NCBI GenBank assembly: GCA_946535225.1
Contig: CAMNDJ010000001.1
Coordinates: forward strand, 12,331-76,330
DNA from: an uncultured Lachnospiraceae bacterium
GTDB lineage: Bacteria > Bacillota > Clostridia > Lachnospirales > Lachnospiraceae
DNA: 64,000 nt
Direction of reading: 5' to 3'
The notes beneath the pieces were generated by a model that was given only the letters and a program-made list of their open reading frames with translations, made no database searches and was not told where the DNA came from. Positions 27,376 to 37,219 of the stretch are shown piece after piece. Position 1 is the stretch's first letter. Every line of letters begins with the position of its first letter. The translations under genes were made by a program, and so were the position numbers.

Positions 27376-28224
27376 ATGAAAAAGATAATCATCACAGGTT
27401 GCAACGGACAGTTGGGAAGAGAATTGAATAAGTATTATGCGGACAAGAGAGGTCTGGAATTCATCAATACGGATGTAGAAGAGCTCGACATCACGGATAT
27501 AGATGCGGTCATGGAACTTGTGAGCGGAGAGAAGCCTTACGCGATCATCAACTGTGCGGCTTATACAGCAGTGGATGCGTGCGAGACCAATAAGGACCTG
27601 GCATTTAAGGTTAACACATTAGGTGCGAGGAACCTGGCCATAGCAGCTCAGAGTGTGGATGCAAGGCTTATGCATATATCCACGGATTATATATTCGACG
27701 GAACGAAATCTACCCCTTATATGGAGTATGACGATCCCAATCCCAAGACCGTATACGGCATAACCAAGAACAGAGCAGAAGATTTCGTCAGACAGTTCAG
27801 CCACAAGTATTTCATTTTAAGAACTGCATGGTTGTACGGAGACGGCAAGAATTTTGTTAAGACCATGCTCAAGTTATCAGAGGATCACAAGGAAGTTAAG
27901 GTCGTGAGCGACCAGTTCGGAACTCCTACATCCACAGCCGAGCTTGTCAAGGCGATAGACAGTTTGTTATTTACGAACAACTACGGAACCTACCATGCCA
28001 CATGTGCCGGAAGATGCTCGTGGGCAGATTTTGCCGAGGAGATATTCAGTATTGCAGGCAAGGATACGAAGGTGATAAGAGTCAGCACGGACGAGTACGG
28101 AGCAGCAGCTCCGAGACCGTTAAGTTCAGTGCTTGAGAACTATATGCTGAGAATGGTCGGCGGTTATGAATTCGTAGACTGGCATGATGCGCTGGCAGAA
28201 TATATGAAGGAATTGGGATACTGA
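27376..28224 (+). CDS. rfbD: dTDP-4-dehydrorhamnose reductase
   Basis: TGCNGQLG, NCAAYTAVD, ISTDYIFDG, YGITK and DQFGTPT. Confidence 0.9.
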   Translation: MKKIIITGCNGQLGRELNKYYADKRGLEFINTDVEELDITDIDAVMELVSGEKPYAIINCAAYTAVDACETNKDLAFKVNTLGARNLAIAAQSVDARLMHISTDYIFDGTKSTPYMEYDDPNPKTVYGITKNRAEDFVRQFSHKYFILRTAWLYGDGKNFVKTMLKLSEDHKEVKVVSDQFGTPTSTAELVKAIDSLLFTNNYGTYHATCAGRCSWADFAEEIFSIAGKDTKVIRVSTDEYGAAAPRPLSSVLENYMLRMVGGYEFVDWHDALAEYMKELGY

Positions 28225-28232
28225 TCGTTCGG

Positions 28233-30065
28233 ATGAGATCTCAGAACATACAGTATCGGGAAGATCAGGCTATGACAGAAGATCCGGGGAAGAAAAGTGA
28301 TCTGATATACAGAATCGCATTGGCGGTTATCATAATGCTGCAATTTATTGCAGCATTATATTTTAGTACGCAGAAAAACGGCTTTCATTATGATGAGTAT
28401 TATTCATACTATTCCTCCAATGTTTCCTACGGTCTTGTTCCTGCGGACAACGAGTGGATGGATACAGGTGAGATATCGGACGAATTTATGGTTCTAAAGG
28501 GTCAGGGGTTCAATTATCCCACGGTCAAACTCATGCAGACCTATGATGTTCATCCGCCTTTCTATTATTACATTCTGCATACCGTTTGTTCTCTTACACC
28601 TGGCGTATTCTCCAAGTGGCAGGGCTTAACGGTCAATCTCATATTCTGGCTTTTAAGTTTTCCCGTGCTTATAGCGATATGCAATGAAATATTATGTAAA
28701 CAATACAAAACACAAATGATCCGTATATTAGGAGAAAAGGATGATGAGAAGAATTACAAATTATGTAAACTTACAATCCTGTTTATCGTTTTTCTCTACG
28801 GATTCTCACCGGCGATCTTAAGCGGTGTGATGTTCATAAGAATGTATACATTGCTGACATTCTTATGTTTGCTGACTGTCCTTATGGCGCTAAAAGTCGT
28901 GAGATATGTCGGGAAACTGAGAGCTGAGGAGACCGGATCATCTATAGAGAAGACCGGCGTCGGAGTCAGAAAGAAAAAGCAGATCCTGTATGCCATAGGA
29001 TCGTTCGCTCTTGCTTTCATAGGAAGTCAGACCCATTACTATTACATAGTCTTCCTTTTTTTTGTTGCGGCTTATATAACGCTTTACCTGTTCATAAGAG
29101 GAAGAGGTCACAAGCCGGATTTTAAGAATGCATTCGGATATGCAATAACTGTCATTCTGGGGCTTATCGCATCCGTCGCTTATTATCCTTCGATGTTAAG
29201 TCATATATTCAGGGGCTACCGGGGTACGGAGGCTACGCAGGCTTTCTTTGATATGGGTAACCTTAGGGAAAGGGCAGGACTGTTCGTCGGCCTTCTGGAT
29301 GAATACCTGATATACGGATTCTTCTATGTACTGATATTGGATGCGCTCTTATTCTATCTGTTTCAGAAGTACAGTAAGCGCAGGAATGGTGTAACCAGGG
29401 AGCAGGCTTACTTTGATCACAGGATAGGGCTTGTTGCGTTTGTGACGACCGGTTATTTCCTGGTGGTCCTCAAGACAGCACTTCTTAATGCTGAAGAAGC
29501 AGTGAGATATGAGATGCCGGTTTATGCCTTTATCATACTGTTACTTGTTCTGGCTGTCGTAACGAATCTGAAAGGTCTGACAAAGGAAGATAACAGTCAA
29601 AAAGGAAACGACGGTAATTCACACGGAAACAGTGACAGGCAAAAGATTACAGCGGAGCAGGTTTTACTGGCCATTATCATATTTTATACCTGTTTCACAC
29701 AGTTATTCGGCCTTACAAAAGATAAGGTACTCTTCTTATACAAAGATGATGCAGCCTCTTATGATTGGGCGAGGGAGCATAAGGATGATACAATAGTATA
29801 TATATATAATCCCGATAATCAGTGGATGATATGGGATGATGCGACTGAGCTCATGCAATATGACAGGATATTCTTCATAAGCGCATCAAACAGTGAAGAG
29901 ATAACGGATGAGACGGTTAAGAACGCCGATCATCTCTATGTCTATGCCGTCAGAAATGACGCAGCCATGGGACTGTTAAAGAGAATAAATGATCTTAAGG
30001 ATCGTGAGAATGAACCGGGTGTCATCAGAGAACTGCAATATGCGGATCTGTATGAACTGAAGTGA
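28233..30065 (+). CDS. Polytopic GT-C-like (PMT/GT39-type) glycosyltransferase
   Basis: DE motif after TM1 (GFHYDEYY), DVHPPFYY, RMY, THYY, and many TM segments. Confidence 0.7.
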   Translation: MRSQNIQYREDQAMTEDPGKKSDLIYRIALAVIIMLQFIAALYFSTQKNGFHYDEYYSYYSSNVSYGLVPADNEWMDTGEISDEFMVLKGQGFNYPTVKLMQTYDVHPPFYYYILHTVCSLTPGVFSKWQGLTVNLIFWLLSFPVLIAICNEILCKQYKTQMIRILGEKDDEKNYKLCKLTILFIVFLYGFSPAILSGVMFIRMYTLLTFLCLLTVLMALKVVRYVGKLRAEETGSSIEKTGVGVRKKKQILYAIGSFALAFIGSQTHYYYIVFLFFVAAYITLYLFIRGRGHKPDFKNAFGYAITVILGLIASVAYYPSMLSHIFRGYRGTEATQAFFDMGNLRERAGLFVGLLDEYLIYGFFYVLILDALLFYLFQKYSKRRNGVTREQAYFDHRIGLVAFVTTGYFLVVLKTALLNAEEAVRYEMPVYAFIILLLVLAVVTNLKGLTKEDNSQKGNDGNSHGNSDRQKITAEQVLLAIIIFYTCFTQLFGLTKDKVLFLYKDDAASYDWAREHKDDTIVYIYNPDNQWMIWDDATELMQYDRIFFISASNSEEITDETVKNADHLYVYAVRNDAAMGLLKRINDLKDRENEPGVIRELQYADLYELK

Positions 30066-30087
30066 TATCAGATGATGAGGTGCCGTT

Positions 30088-31317
30088 ATGACAGGAAACA
30101 GTACAGCTAAGAAGCTTAATATCGCAATGTTCGGCCATAAGCACATCCCTTCAAGGGAAGGCGGCGTGGAGATAGTGGTGGAACAGCTTGCCACGCGTAT
30201 GGCCGCAAGAGGTCATAAAGTCACCTGCTATAACAGAGGCGGTAAGTTCATAAGAGAAGAGGACTATGATTCCCGAAGCAGTATTTCGTCCTATGTCTCC
30301 GATGAAGAGGAAGATGACGAAGAGAGAAAGGAAGATCTTGATCCTACAGACACAGGAAGATCAAGATATAAGAATGTCAGGATCAAGAAGGTCTGGACGA
30401 TAAATGCCAAAGGATTGGCCGCAGCGTCTTCATCCATATTCGCATCACTGGCAGCAGGCCTTGGCAAATATGATATTGTTCATGTTCACGCCGAGGGTCC
30501 CTGTATCATGTGCGGCTTTCTAAAGGCCTGTGGTAAGAGAGTTATCGTTACGATACACGGCCTGGATCATAAGAGAGCAAAATGGGGGAGATTCGCTTCG
30601 TGGTATATCATGAAGGGCGAGCAGGCAGCAGTGAAGCATGCGGACGAGATCATCGTCTTAAGCAAAGGCGTACAGGACTACTTCATGGAACTGTACGGAC
30701 GAAGGACTGTGCTCATACCTAACGGGGTTGAGGAAGTCGATCCGTTATCTCCCGATATCATAAGCAACAGATGGAAACTTGATAAGAACAGTTACATTCT
30801 CTATCTCGGACGTATCGTTCCGGAGAAGGGGATACATTATCTCATAGAGGCATATAAAAGGCTTGATACGGATAAGAAGCTTGTCATAGCGGGGGGCTCT
30901 TCCGACACGGATGAGTACTATAACAGTCTTAAGGATTCCGTAACGGATGAGTACAAAGGGAAGATAATCTTTACCGGTTTTGTTCAGGGTCCGACACTTG
31001 AAGAACTCTACAGCAATGCATATATATATTGCCTGCCCAGTGACCTTGAAGGTATGCCGTTAAGCCTCCTCGAGGCAATGAGCTACGGCAATGCCTGCCT
31101 GACTTCGGATATACCCGAGTGTGCGGATGTCATAGCAGACAAAGGCGTCACCTTTAAGAAAGGCGATGTATCCGATCTTGCTCAAATGTTAAACGACCTT
31201 ATAGCAGACCCTGCCGCAACAGAAGCCCTTAAGGCTCAGGCGGCTCTCTATATCACACAGAAGTACAACTGGGACGATGTAGTCACACGCACGCTGAAGC
31301 TTTACAGTCAAAAATAG
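30088..31317 (+). CDS. Glycosyltransferase family 4
   Basis: MFGHKHIPSREGGVE, GRIVPEKG and E-x7-E (EGMPLSLLE). Confidence 0.9.
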   Translation: MTGNSTAKKLNIAMFGHKHIPSREGGVEIVVEQLATRMAARGHKVTCYNRGGKFIREEDYDSRSSISSYVSDEEEDDEERKEDLDPTDTGRSRYKNVRIKKVWTINAKGLAAASSSIFASLAAGLGKYDIVHVHAEGPCIMCGFLKACGKRVIVTIHGLDHKRAKWGRFASWYIMKGEQAAVKHADEIIVLSKGVQDYFMELYGRRTVLIPNGVEEVDPLSPDIISNRWKLDKNSYILYLGRIVPEKGIHYLIEAYKRLDTDKKLVIAGGSSDTDEYYNSLKDSVTDEYKGKIIFTGFVQGPTLEELYSNAYIYCLPSDLEGMPLSLLEAMSYGNACLTSDIPECADVIADKGVTFKKGDVSDLAQMLNDLIADPAATEALKAQAALYITQKYNWDDVVTRTLKLYSQK

Positions 31318-31343
31318 GATATTCTTGTCATTCGATACGTTCC

Positions 31344-31363
31344 ACATACATGTATGTTATACT
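31344..31363 (+). promoter_or_regulatory. Extended -10 overlapped by a perfect 14-bp palindrome
   Basis: ACATACATGTATGT (31344-31357) overlaps TGTTATACT (31355-31363), upstream of the lipoprotein gene. Confidence 0.4.
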
Positions 31364-31439
31364 TAAATAGATCAGGCATCCGGGTCAGTCCTAAATCCGA
31401 AATGAGTTTGAAACCCACAAAGGAAGGAGAACCGAACAT

Positions 31440-32891
31440 ATGAAGAAGAAACTGTTATTGTTGCTTATGATGTTTGTCTTGGCTGTATCCATGTGTGCCT
31501 GTTCCGCTAAGGAAGAAGATGTTGAAGAAAAGACGGAAGTAGAGGAAGTTAAGGAGAAGGACAAGGATAAGGAGAAGAAGAAAAAAGAAGAGCCGACACC
31601 GACTCCTGAACCCACCGAAGAACCGACTCCGACACCGGAGCCAATAGAAGTTGTTGATCCCGAGTATACCGATGAGTTTACCAAGGTTGAGAAGTATGAG
31701 GATTATGCATCCAAGTCTGCTACTCCTTCTGAGACCATGGTCTGGGTTGAGGGTGTGATAGACAGCTACGACGATGCCGGTAACAATCTTATCCTTAAGA
31801 GTGAGGATGGGGATTGGGCCATAGCATTAGGAAGTGCCGGAACGAATGCTTTCTATGACAGAGCCAAGGACAGCGTGGGTAAGAATGTACGTGTCTTCGG
31901 TAAATATACGGGATACTCCGATGACCATCAGATACCTGTAGTATCATTCCTTCCTAAGGAATTCTCCAATCATGCCTACAGGATGGAGACACTTGATAAT
32001 TCCTTCCGGCTTACACAGATAGATTATCTTTTGGATAAATATAAGCTTGCTACGGAGAGGGAATATGGAACGATCAGTTTTAAGATCCCTATTGAATTAA
32101 GGGAAGTTGAGACTGATGACACTTTGTTTTATTACTTTGGTGATGATGTAGTGGGTTTCCTTATGCTCCATAATGAAGCCAAGCAGGAAGCTGAATTTGA
32201 GGGAATGGATGATGATAAGATCCTTCTTGAATATGCCAATGAATACATGAAGAATACAAAGGTGCTTGAGAAGGAGCCTACTAAGATCAAGGGTTATCCG
32301 GCACTTCGTCTGGTGACCACGTTTGAGAATGATGATCTTAATATGCCCATGGCTTTGTACAGTTACATCATTATGGTAGATGATACATACTACTATTTCG
32401 GAATGACTGAGCCTTATCTGCCCGGAGAGACAGGCAAGGAACTTATAACGGATATGGTAGGGACCATCAAGAAACTGGATTCTGCTGAGGCAGCTACGGA
32501 GAAAAAAGAAGAGAGTAAGAAGGAAGAAGACAGTAAGAAAGAGGACGAGACTAAGAAGGAATCTGAGACAAAGACAGAAGAGGAGAAGATTGTTAAGACC
32601 GGAATTCCTCCTCTTGCAGATCTTGCAGGATTGTATGATGTTACCATGACAATTACAAAGCCTGATGGGACAACTGAATCAGAGACTCTTAAGGATTCAT
32701 ATTTCGGTATGAATGAACTGTCGGCATACAATGCCACCAACGGGTCTATGAATCTTGATCTGGGCGGTGGCTTAATAGCTTCAATGACATTCTCATATAA
32801 TTCGAAGGGCAAGGTCGTATTCTCCGGTATACTTACAGACGGTACTAATTCCGGAACCATCTCGGGTATCCAGACCAAGTCCGCAAATTAG
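31440..32891 (+). CDS. Hypothetical lipoprotein with Pro/Thr/Glu linker
   Basis: MKKK + hydrophobic stretch + MCAC lipobox. EPTPTPEPTEEPTPTPEP repeat and KKEE-rich linker. AAGGAG RBS. Confidence 0.8.
   Translation: MKKKLLLLLMMFVLAVSMCACSAKEEDVEEKTEVEEVKEKDKDKEKKKKEEPTPTPEPTEEPTPTPEPIEVVDPEYTDEFTKVEKYEDYASKSATPSETMVWVEGVIDSYDDAGNNLILKSEDGDWAIALGSAGTNAFYDRAKDSVGKNVRVFGKYTGYSDDHQIPVVSFLPKEFSNHAYRMETLDNSFRLTQIDYLLDKYKLATEREYGTISFKIPIELREVETDDTLFYYFGDDVVGFLMLHNEAKQEAEFEGMDDDKILLEYANEYMKNTKVLEKEPTKIKGYPALRLVTTFENDDLNMPMALYSYIIMVDDTYYYFGMTEPYLPGETGKELITDMVGTIKKLDSAEAATEKKEESKKEEDSKKEDETKKESETKTEEEKIVKTGIPPLADLAGLYDVTMTITKPDGTTESETLKDSYFGMNELSAYNATNGSMNLDLGGGLIASMTFSYNSKGKVVFSGILTDGTNSGTISGIQTKSAN
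31587..31643 (+). repeat. Degenerate tandem repeat of about 30 nt encoding EEPTPTPEP(T)
   Basis: GAAGAGCCGACACCGACTCCTGAACCCACC / GAAGAACCGACTCCGACACCGGAGCCA. Confidence 0.6.
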
Positions 32892-32914
32892 AAATGAGCG
32901 CATTATTATATATC

Positions 32915-33311
32915 ATTTACTTAATCTTGATACTAGTTATGTAACAGATATGCATGAGATGTTTGCTTATACTCGAATAAGTGATATTGATCTCAGCGAT
33001 TTTAATACAAGTAATGTTACAAATATGAGTAGAATGTTTACGGATATGTATTTGTTGATTGGTGTACGACAGCGGATGGAACAGGGGTTCATTATGCTAA
33101 TTCTGCATCAATTAAGAACCTTACTACTGAGAATAATAAGCAAATAACTCTCTATGCGATATGGAATTCGATTTTCGTGGACGAGATCGACAAGTATTGC
33201 ACAAATAAGACGGTTTATGTAAAAAAAGATGTGGGTTTTACAGTTACGGGTGATTGGTTACTAGACTGTGTAATATATAAGAGTTATAGTTGTACAATTA
33301 TCGTAAAATGA
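32915..33311 (+). pseudogene. Remnant of a surface protein: BspA/DUF285-type repeats joined out of frame to a Listeria-Bacteroides (InlB B-type) repeat
   Basis: Frame A reads LNLDTSYVTDMHEMF...DLSDFNTSNVTNMSRMF. A different frame (33042-33311) reads GYVFVDWCTTADGTG...KNLTTENNKQITLYAIW. No RBS or signal peptide. Confidence 0.7.
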
Positions 33312-33321
33312 TAATATGGTG

Positions 33322-33355
33322 ATACGCTCGGGGCGTTTACGCTCCGGGCGTATTT
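33322..33355 (+). terminator. Probable intrinsic terminator
   Basis: 14-bp stem ATACGCTCGGGGCG/CGCTCCGGGCGTAT with two G-U pairs (these pair only in the + strand RNA), TTTA loop and a short T tail. Confidence 0.6.
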
Positions 33356-33381
33356 GTATGAAGGATCAATTGTGATATAAT
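33354..33381 (+). promoter_or_regulatory. Sigma-A-like promoter of the two-gene unit
   Basis: TTGTAT (33354-33359), 16 nt spacer, TATAAT (33376-33381) with an extended TG. GAGGAG RBS follows. Confidence 0.6.
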
Positions 33382-33405
33382 AAGGCATATGAGGAGATTG
33401 ATCGC

Positions 33406-33744
33406 ATGATTATTCGTGAAGTAACGACCCTTGATGAATTGAAGCAGAATTCAAATAATTATTATCCGGATCGTATTAAGTTTTGTATACATAAACCTTC
33501 AAAAACAGTATCTATAGATCTGTTCTATCATACGGACATGGAAAACGAGCTGTTTAATGAAGTGGGTTCTGATAAAGAGATCTACGGCGGAGATATTATT
33601 CTTGATCCGGTAAGCATTTTATGGGAAGCTCATCCGAATATTGCGAGGAATCAGGAATTGGGAACAACAAAATACGGACGGTTGTTGAAGGATCAGAAGA
33701 TAATAGATGAATTGTCAGAGATACTGAAATATTGGATCAGATAG
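33406..33744 (+). CDS. DUF5674-like small protein
   Basis: The pattern 'TLDELK...RIKF...SID..YH.D.E..L...GS..EIYGG.I...NI...R...D..I...L..I...WI' resembles DUF5674 as I recall it. Strong RBS. Confidence 0.6.
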   Translation: MIIREVTTLDELKQNSNNYYPDRIKFCIHKPSKTVSIDLFYHTDMENELFNEVGSDKEIYGGDIILDPVSILWEAHPNIARNQELGTTKYGRLLKDQKIIDELSEILKYWIR

Positions 33745-33754
33745 GAGAATGACT

Positions 33755-34021
33755 ATGTTATCGGATATAGCAGGAGATGTAAAGCGATGTGTTGAGTCAA
33801 AGCAGAATTTTGATGCGGGCATCAGTAGTAAAGACTATTCCGGATTCTATCTGGAGCGGGTGAAAAGCGAGTGTGAGAAGACTATACCTGAGAGTGCGCT
33901 CCCGGAGTTTAGGGATGAGATCCGTTCTTTGGAAGATTATTTGGCAGGCAAAGTCAGTGCAGATTATATTCTTCGTTATTGGAAACCGTATGAATATGCC
34001 AGAAACCCTTATGAATCCTAG
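33755..34021 (+). CDS. Small, probably helical hypothetical protein, partner of the DUF5674-like gene
   Basis: GGAG RBS overlaps the previous stop codon, and ATG 33755 gives 7-nt spacing. Amphipathic helical sequence ending YWKPYEYAR. Confidence 0.65.
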   Translation: MLSDIAGDVKRCVESKQNFDAGISSKDYSGFYLERVKSECEKTIPESALPEFRDEIRSLEDYLAGKVSADYILRYWKPYEYARNPYES

Positions 34022-34054
34022 ATAGATAATAGAAAGTATATTATTGTTAGACTT

Positions 34055-34082
34055 AGTGCGCCACAGGTTGTGGCGCACTTTT
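34055..34082 (+). terminator. Intrinsic terminator
   Basis: Perfect 11-bp stem AGTGCGCCACA-ggt-TGTGGCGCACT followed by TTT. Confidence 0.75.
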
Positions 34083-34110
34083 CTTATGCGGTCAGTAAAC
34101 GCGTCAGGGC

Positions 34111-34139
34111 TTGATTTGGCGCGGTATTTAAGGTATATT
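34111..34139 (+). promoter_or_regulatory. Sigma-A-like promoter for gmd
   Basis: TTGATT, 17 nt spacer, TATATT. Confidence 0.5.
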
Positions 34140-34197
34140 ATTGGGTAAGGCCGCTTCACAGAAAGCGAGGCAGATAATTAGGATTGGAGAAAGATAA

Positions 34198-35268
34198 ATG
34201 GCTGATAGAGCGCTCATTACAGGTATAACGGGACAGGACGGATCATATCTTGCAGAGTTTTTGCTTGAGAAGGGATATGAAGTACACGGACTTATCAGAA
34301 GACACAGTACGCAGAATACTGAGAGGATAGACCATATAATAGACAGTCCGTATAACGGGACCAAGTTTTTCCTTCACTATGCGGATATGACGGATTCGAG
34401 CGGTCTTATAAGACTCGTATCGGAGATCAAGCCCACTGAGGTTTATAATCTTGCGGCTCAGTCTCACGTGGGTATTTCATTCGAAGTACCGGAGTATACG
34501 GCTGAAGCAACAGGCGTATCAACGATCAAGCTACTTGAGGCGCTCAGACTCTACGGAGGATCATGCAGATATTATCAGGCATCCACATCAGAGCTCTTCG
34601 GCGGTATACCGGAGACGGCTCCTCAGAGTGAGAAGACGCCCTTCTATCCCAAGAGTCCGTATGGTGCAGCCAAGCTTTATTCATACTGGATCACAGTCAA
34701 TTACAGAGAGTCATACAAGATGTTTGCCTGCAACGGTATACTCTTCAATCATGAGTCTCCCAGACGCGGTGAGAATTTCGTGACACGTAAGATCACGCTG
34801 GCAATAGCCAATATATTGGCAGGCAAGCAGGAGAGATTGTCTTTGGGCAATATGAACGCCAAGAGAGACTGGGGCTTTGCAGGTGATTATGTGGAAGGTA
34901 TGTGGCTCATATTACAGCAGGAGAAGCCCGATGATTTCGTACTCGCGACTAATGAGACACATACTGTAAGAGAATTTGTTGAAGCAGCATTTGCCGAGTG
35001 CGGTATCAAGATCCGCTGGGAAGGCGAAGGTATAGATGAGAAGGGTATAGATGATGCTACGGGCAGAGTGTTAGTGGATGTCAATCCTCAGTTCTATCGT
35101 CCCGCAGAGGTTGAATTCCTCTGGGGTGACTGCACCAAGGCGGAGACTACTCTCGGCTGGAAGCGCAAGACGGATTTCAAGGGCCTTGTTTCCATGATGA
35201 TGGATTCGGATCTTAAGGCCATCGCAGGAGTGAGCTGCGAAGAGTATAAGGCAGGAAAAAGAGTTTGA
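34198..35268 (+). CDS. gmd: GDP-mannose 4,6-dehydratase
   Basis: [40 protein letters not shown] and RDWG. Confidence 0.95.
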   Translation: MADRALITGITGQDGSYLAEFLLEKGYEVHGLIRRHSTQNTERIDHIIDSPYNGTKFFLHYADMTDSSGLIRLVSEIKPTEVYNLAAQSHVGISFEVPEYTAEATGVSTIKLLEALRLYGGSCRYYQASTSELFGGIPETAPQSEKTPFYPKSPYGAAKLYSYWITVNYRESYKMFACNGILFNHESPRRGENFVTRKITLAIANILAGKQERLSLGNMNAKRDWGFAGDYVEGMWLILQQEKPDDFVLATNETHTVREFVEAAFAECGIKIRWEGEGIDEKGIDDATGRVLVDVNPQFYRPAEVEFLWGDCTKAETTLGWKRKTDFKGLVSMMMDSDLKAIAGVSCEEYKAGKRV

Positions 35269-37130
35269 TAGAAGTTTTAGGCAGTTGGCTCTTTATAGCC
35301 ATAACTTCATATGTGATAGGTTTTGAAGCGCTCAATGTTTTGTATAAACTGTTGAGCGCTTCAACAGATACTGAGAAACCCGACATCTCTCATATACATG
35401 TCCTAAGATGCCTTTTGGGACTGTGTGCAGTCAATGTATATGCTGAGATTATCAGTCTCCTTGGCGGTGTAGGAATGTGGGCGGATTATCTTCTCATGCT
35501 CATCTGCCTTGTGATAGTCTTCTTTGACAGAGAGAGGATCGGTAAGGCTGTAAGCTTTTCGGACAGATCGGATGTCGATACGGTCAGGACCGGATTGAGA
35601 CTTGTGCTTATCTTTATCATGGCTTACGGGACCAGTCGCGGTTATATGCATTTCGACACGAATCTCTATCATGCCCAGGCTATTCATTGGATCGAAGATT
35701 ACGGTCTGGTACCGGGACTTGCCAATCTTCAGAGCAGGTTCGGATATAACAGCGCGGAATTTGCACTAAATGCAATATACGGCCTTAAATGGTACATAGG
35801 CCGCTCTCTTCATACGAGCGCAGGATTCTTCGCTCTTCTGTCATCTTTTGTGGTCGTCGGAATCTGCGATGACAAAGAGAAGGCTGCCGATTCAGAGGCG
35901 GGCGGTTTTGCCGGCAGACTTACAGGATTCGCTAAAAGAATAAGAGTCTCCGACTATGTCCGCATCGGTCTCATATTCTATCTCGGAATGATATATACCG
36001 AGATGATCTCACCCGCATCCGACTATTATGCAACGCTTCTTATCTTCGATATAGTCATAATCTGGCTTGATATTCTTCATGGAAAAAATGACAGAATTGT
36101 GTCAACCGAATCAACAGATAAATACCCCGCATCCGGGGCGACCACTTTGGCTGCTATACAGGGCATCCTCTGTATTCTGTTAGTCTATGCAGTTACGATC
36201 AAGTTAAGTCTGGCACCGTTGGTACTGCTTGCGTTGGTTCCGGGAATATATTGGATAAGGACTAAGGATCCGAAAGCGATCATCACATGTTTGCTAAGCG
36301 GTCTGGTGATATCGATACCGTACTTTATCCGCGGATATTACATATCCGGATGGATCTTATATCCGTCCACACTGATAAGGACAGGTTCACCCGACTGGCA
36401 GATACCGAAGGGTATGGCGCAGTATGATGCCAGAGAGATCGGTATGTGGGGACGCGGTATCATAAGAGCCGAAGATTGGGCAAACGTAACGGCTTTTAAC
36501 TGGATAAAGGACTGGTTTACAGCCCTTGGATCGATGGAGAAGCTCATGGTCATTGCGACTTTTGTATCGATCATTGTGGCTGTGGCAGGTATCATATGGG
36601 CGGTAGCCGGCAGAGGCAGAAGATCGGGCAGCAGAGGCGGTCAGCAGGCTGATTTGGCACATTCGGCCTCATCGAACATCAGAAACACGTCCGGGATACT
36701 GATAGTTCTGGCTGTATTATCGGCAGGAGCCGTATTCTGGTTCTGCAGTGCACCTCTTGTCCGTTACGGTTACACTTATCTGTGTATATTACCGTTTGCA
36801 ACACTCGGATATCTGATGTCAGTTATCAGGATGAAGGACGACAGGTTAAGGACGATAGCATTTGCAGTCATTTTTACGGGTATCACGGCAGTCAGGATCA
36901 CAGGACTGTACAGAGACATATATGATTTCAGACAACATCCGTATTATGTCAACCAACAGGATTATATCGACGGGGATGCATTTACCTACACGGTTGACGG
37001 TGTGACGATATATGTAGCCGAAGATGCAGGCCAGATCGGATACTACAAGATCCCTGCCACAGTAGAAGAACGACATGATTTTGCCCTCCGTGGAAGCGAT
37101 ATATCTGACGGCTTCAGACACAGGGAGTGA
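35265..37130 (+). CDS. Polytopic membrane protein, LIC_10190-like, possibly GT-C
   Basis: '[12 protein letters not shown]...[13 protein letters not shown]', 'SPASD', 'KLS', 'SGWILYP' and 'APLVRYG', with more than 10 hydrophobic segments. TTG start overlaps the gmd stop. Confidence 0.65.
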   Translation: MIEVLGSWLFIAITSYVIGFEALNVLYKLLSASTDTEKPDISHIHVLRCLLGLCAVNVYAEIISLLGGVGMWADYLLMLICLVIVFFDRERIGKAVSFSDRSDVDTVRTGLRLVLIFIMAYGTSRGYMHFDTNLYHAQAIHWIEDYGLVPGLANLQSRFGYNSAEFALNAIYGLKWYIGRSLHTSAGFFALLSSFVVVGICDDKEKAADSEAGGFAGRLTGFAKRIRVSDYVRIGLIFYLGMIYTEMISPASDYYATLLIFDIVIIWLDILHGKNDRIVSTESTDKYPASGATTLAAIQGILCILLVYAVTIKLSLAPLVLLALVPGIYWIRTKDPKAIITCLLSGLVISIPYFIRGYYISGWILYPSTLIRTGSPDWQIPKGMAQYDAREIGMWGRGIIRAEDWANVTAFNWIKDWFTALGSMEKLMVIATFVSIIVAVAGIIWAVAGRGRRSGSRGGQQADLAHSASSNIRNTSGILIVLAVLSAGAVFWFCSAPLVRYGYTYLCILPFATLGYLMSVIRMKDDRLRTIAFAVIFTGITAVRITGLYRDIYDFRQHPYYVNQQDYIDGDAFTYTVDGVTIYVAEDAGQIGYYKIPATVEERHDFALRGSDISDGFRHRE

Positions 37131-37219
37131 CTTATCCATATTTTGTATAGCCCATATCTTTTATCAGCAAAATATGGTATAGTATATGAGGATTTACGAC
37201 ACATAGAATGGAGTAGAAA

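Noticed and set aside
31364-31439. Possible riboswitch in the lipoprotein leader
   Set aside because: No c-di-GMP, SAM, TPP or T-box consensus recognised, and the leader is short.
32950-33147. 65-aa ORF as an intact gene
   Set aside because: No RBS, repeat homology starts upstream of the ATG, and coding similarity switches frame at about 33042; treated as a pseudogene fragment.
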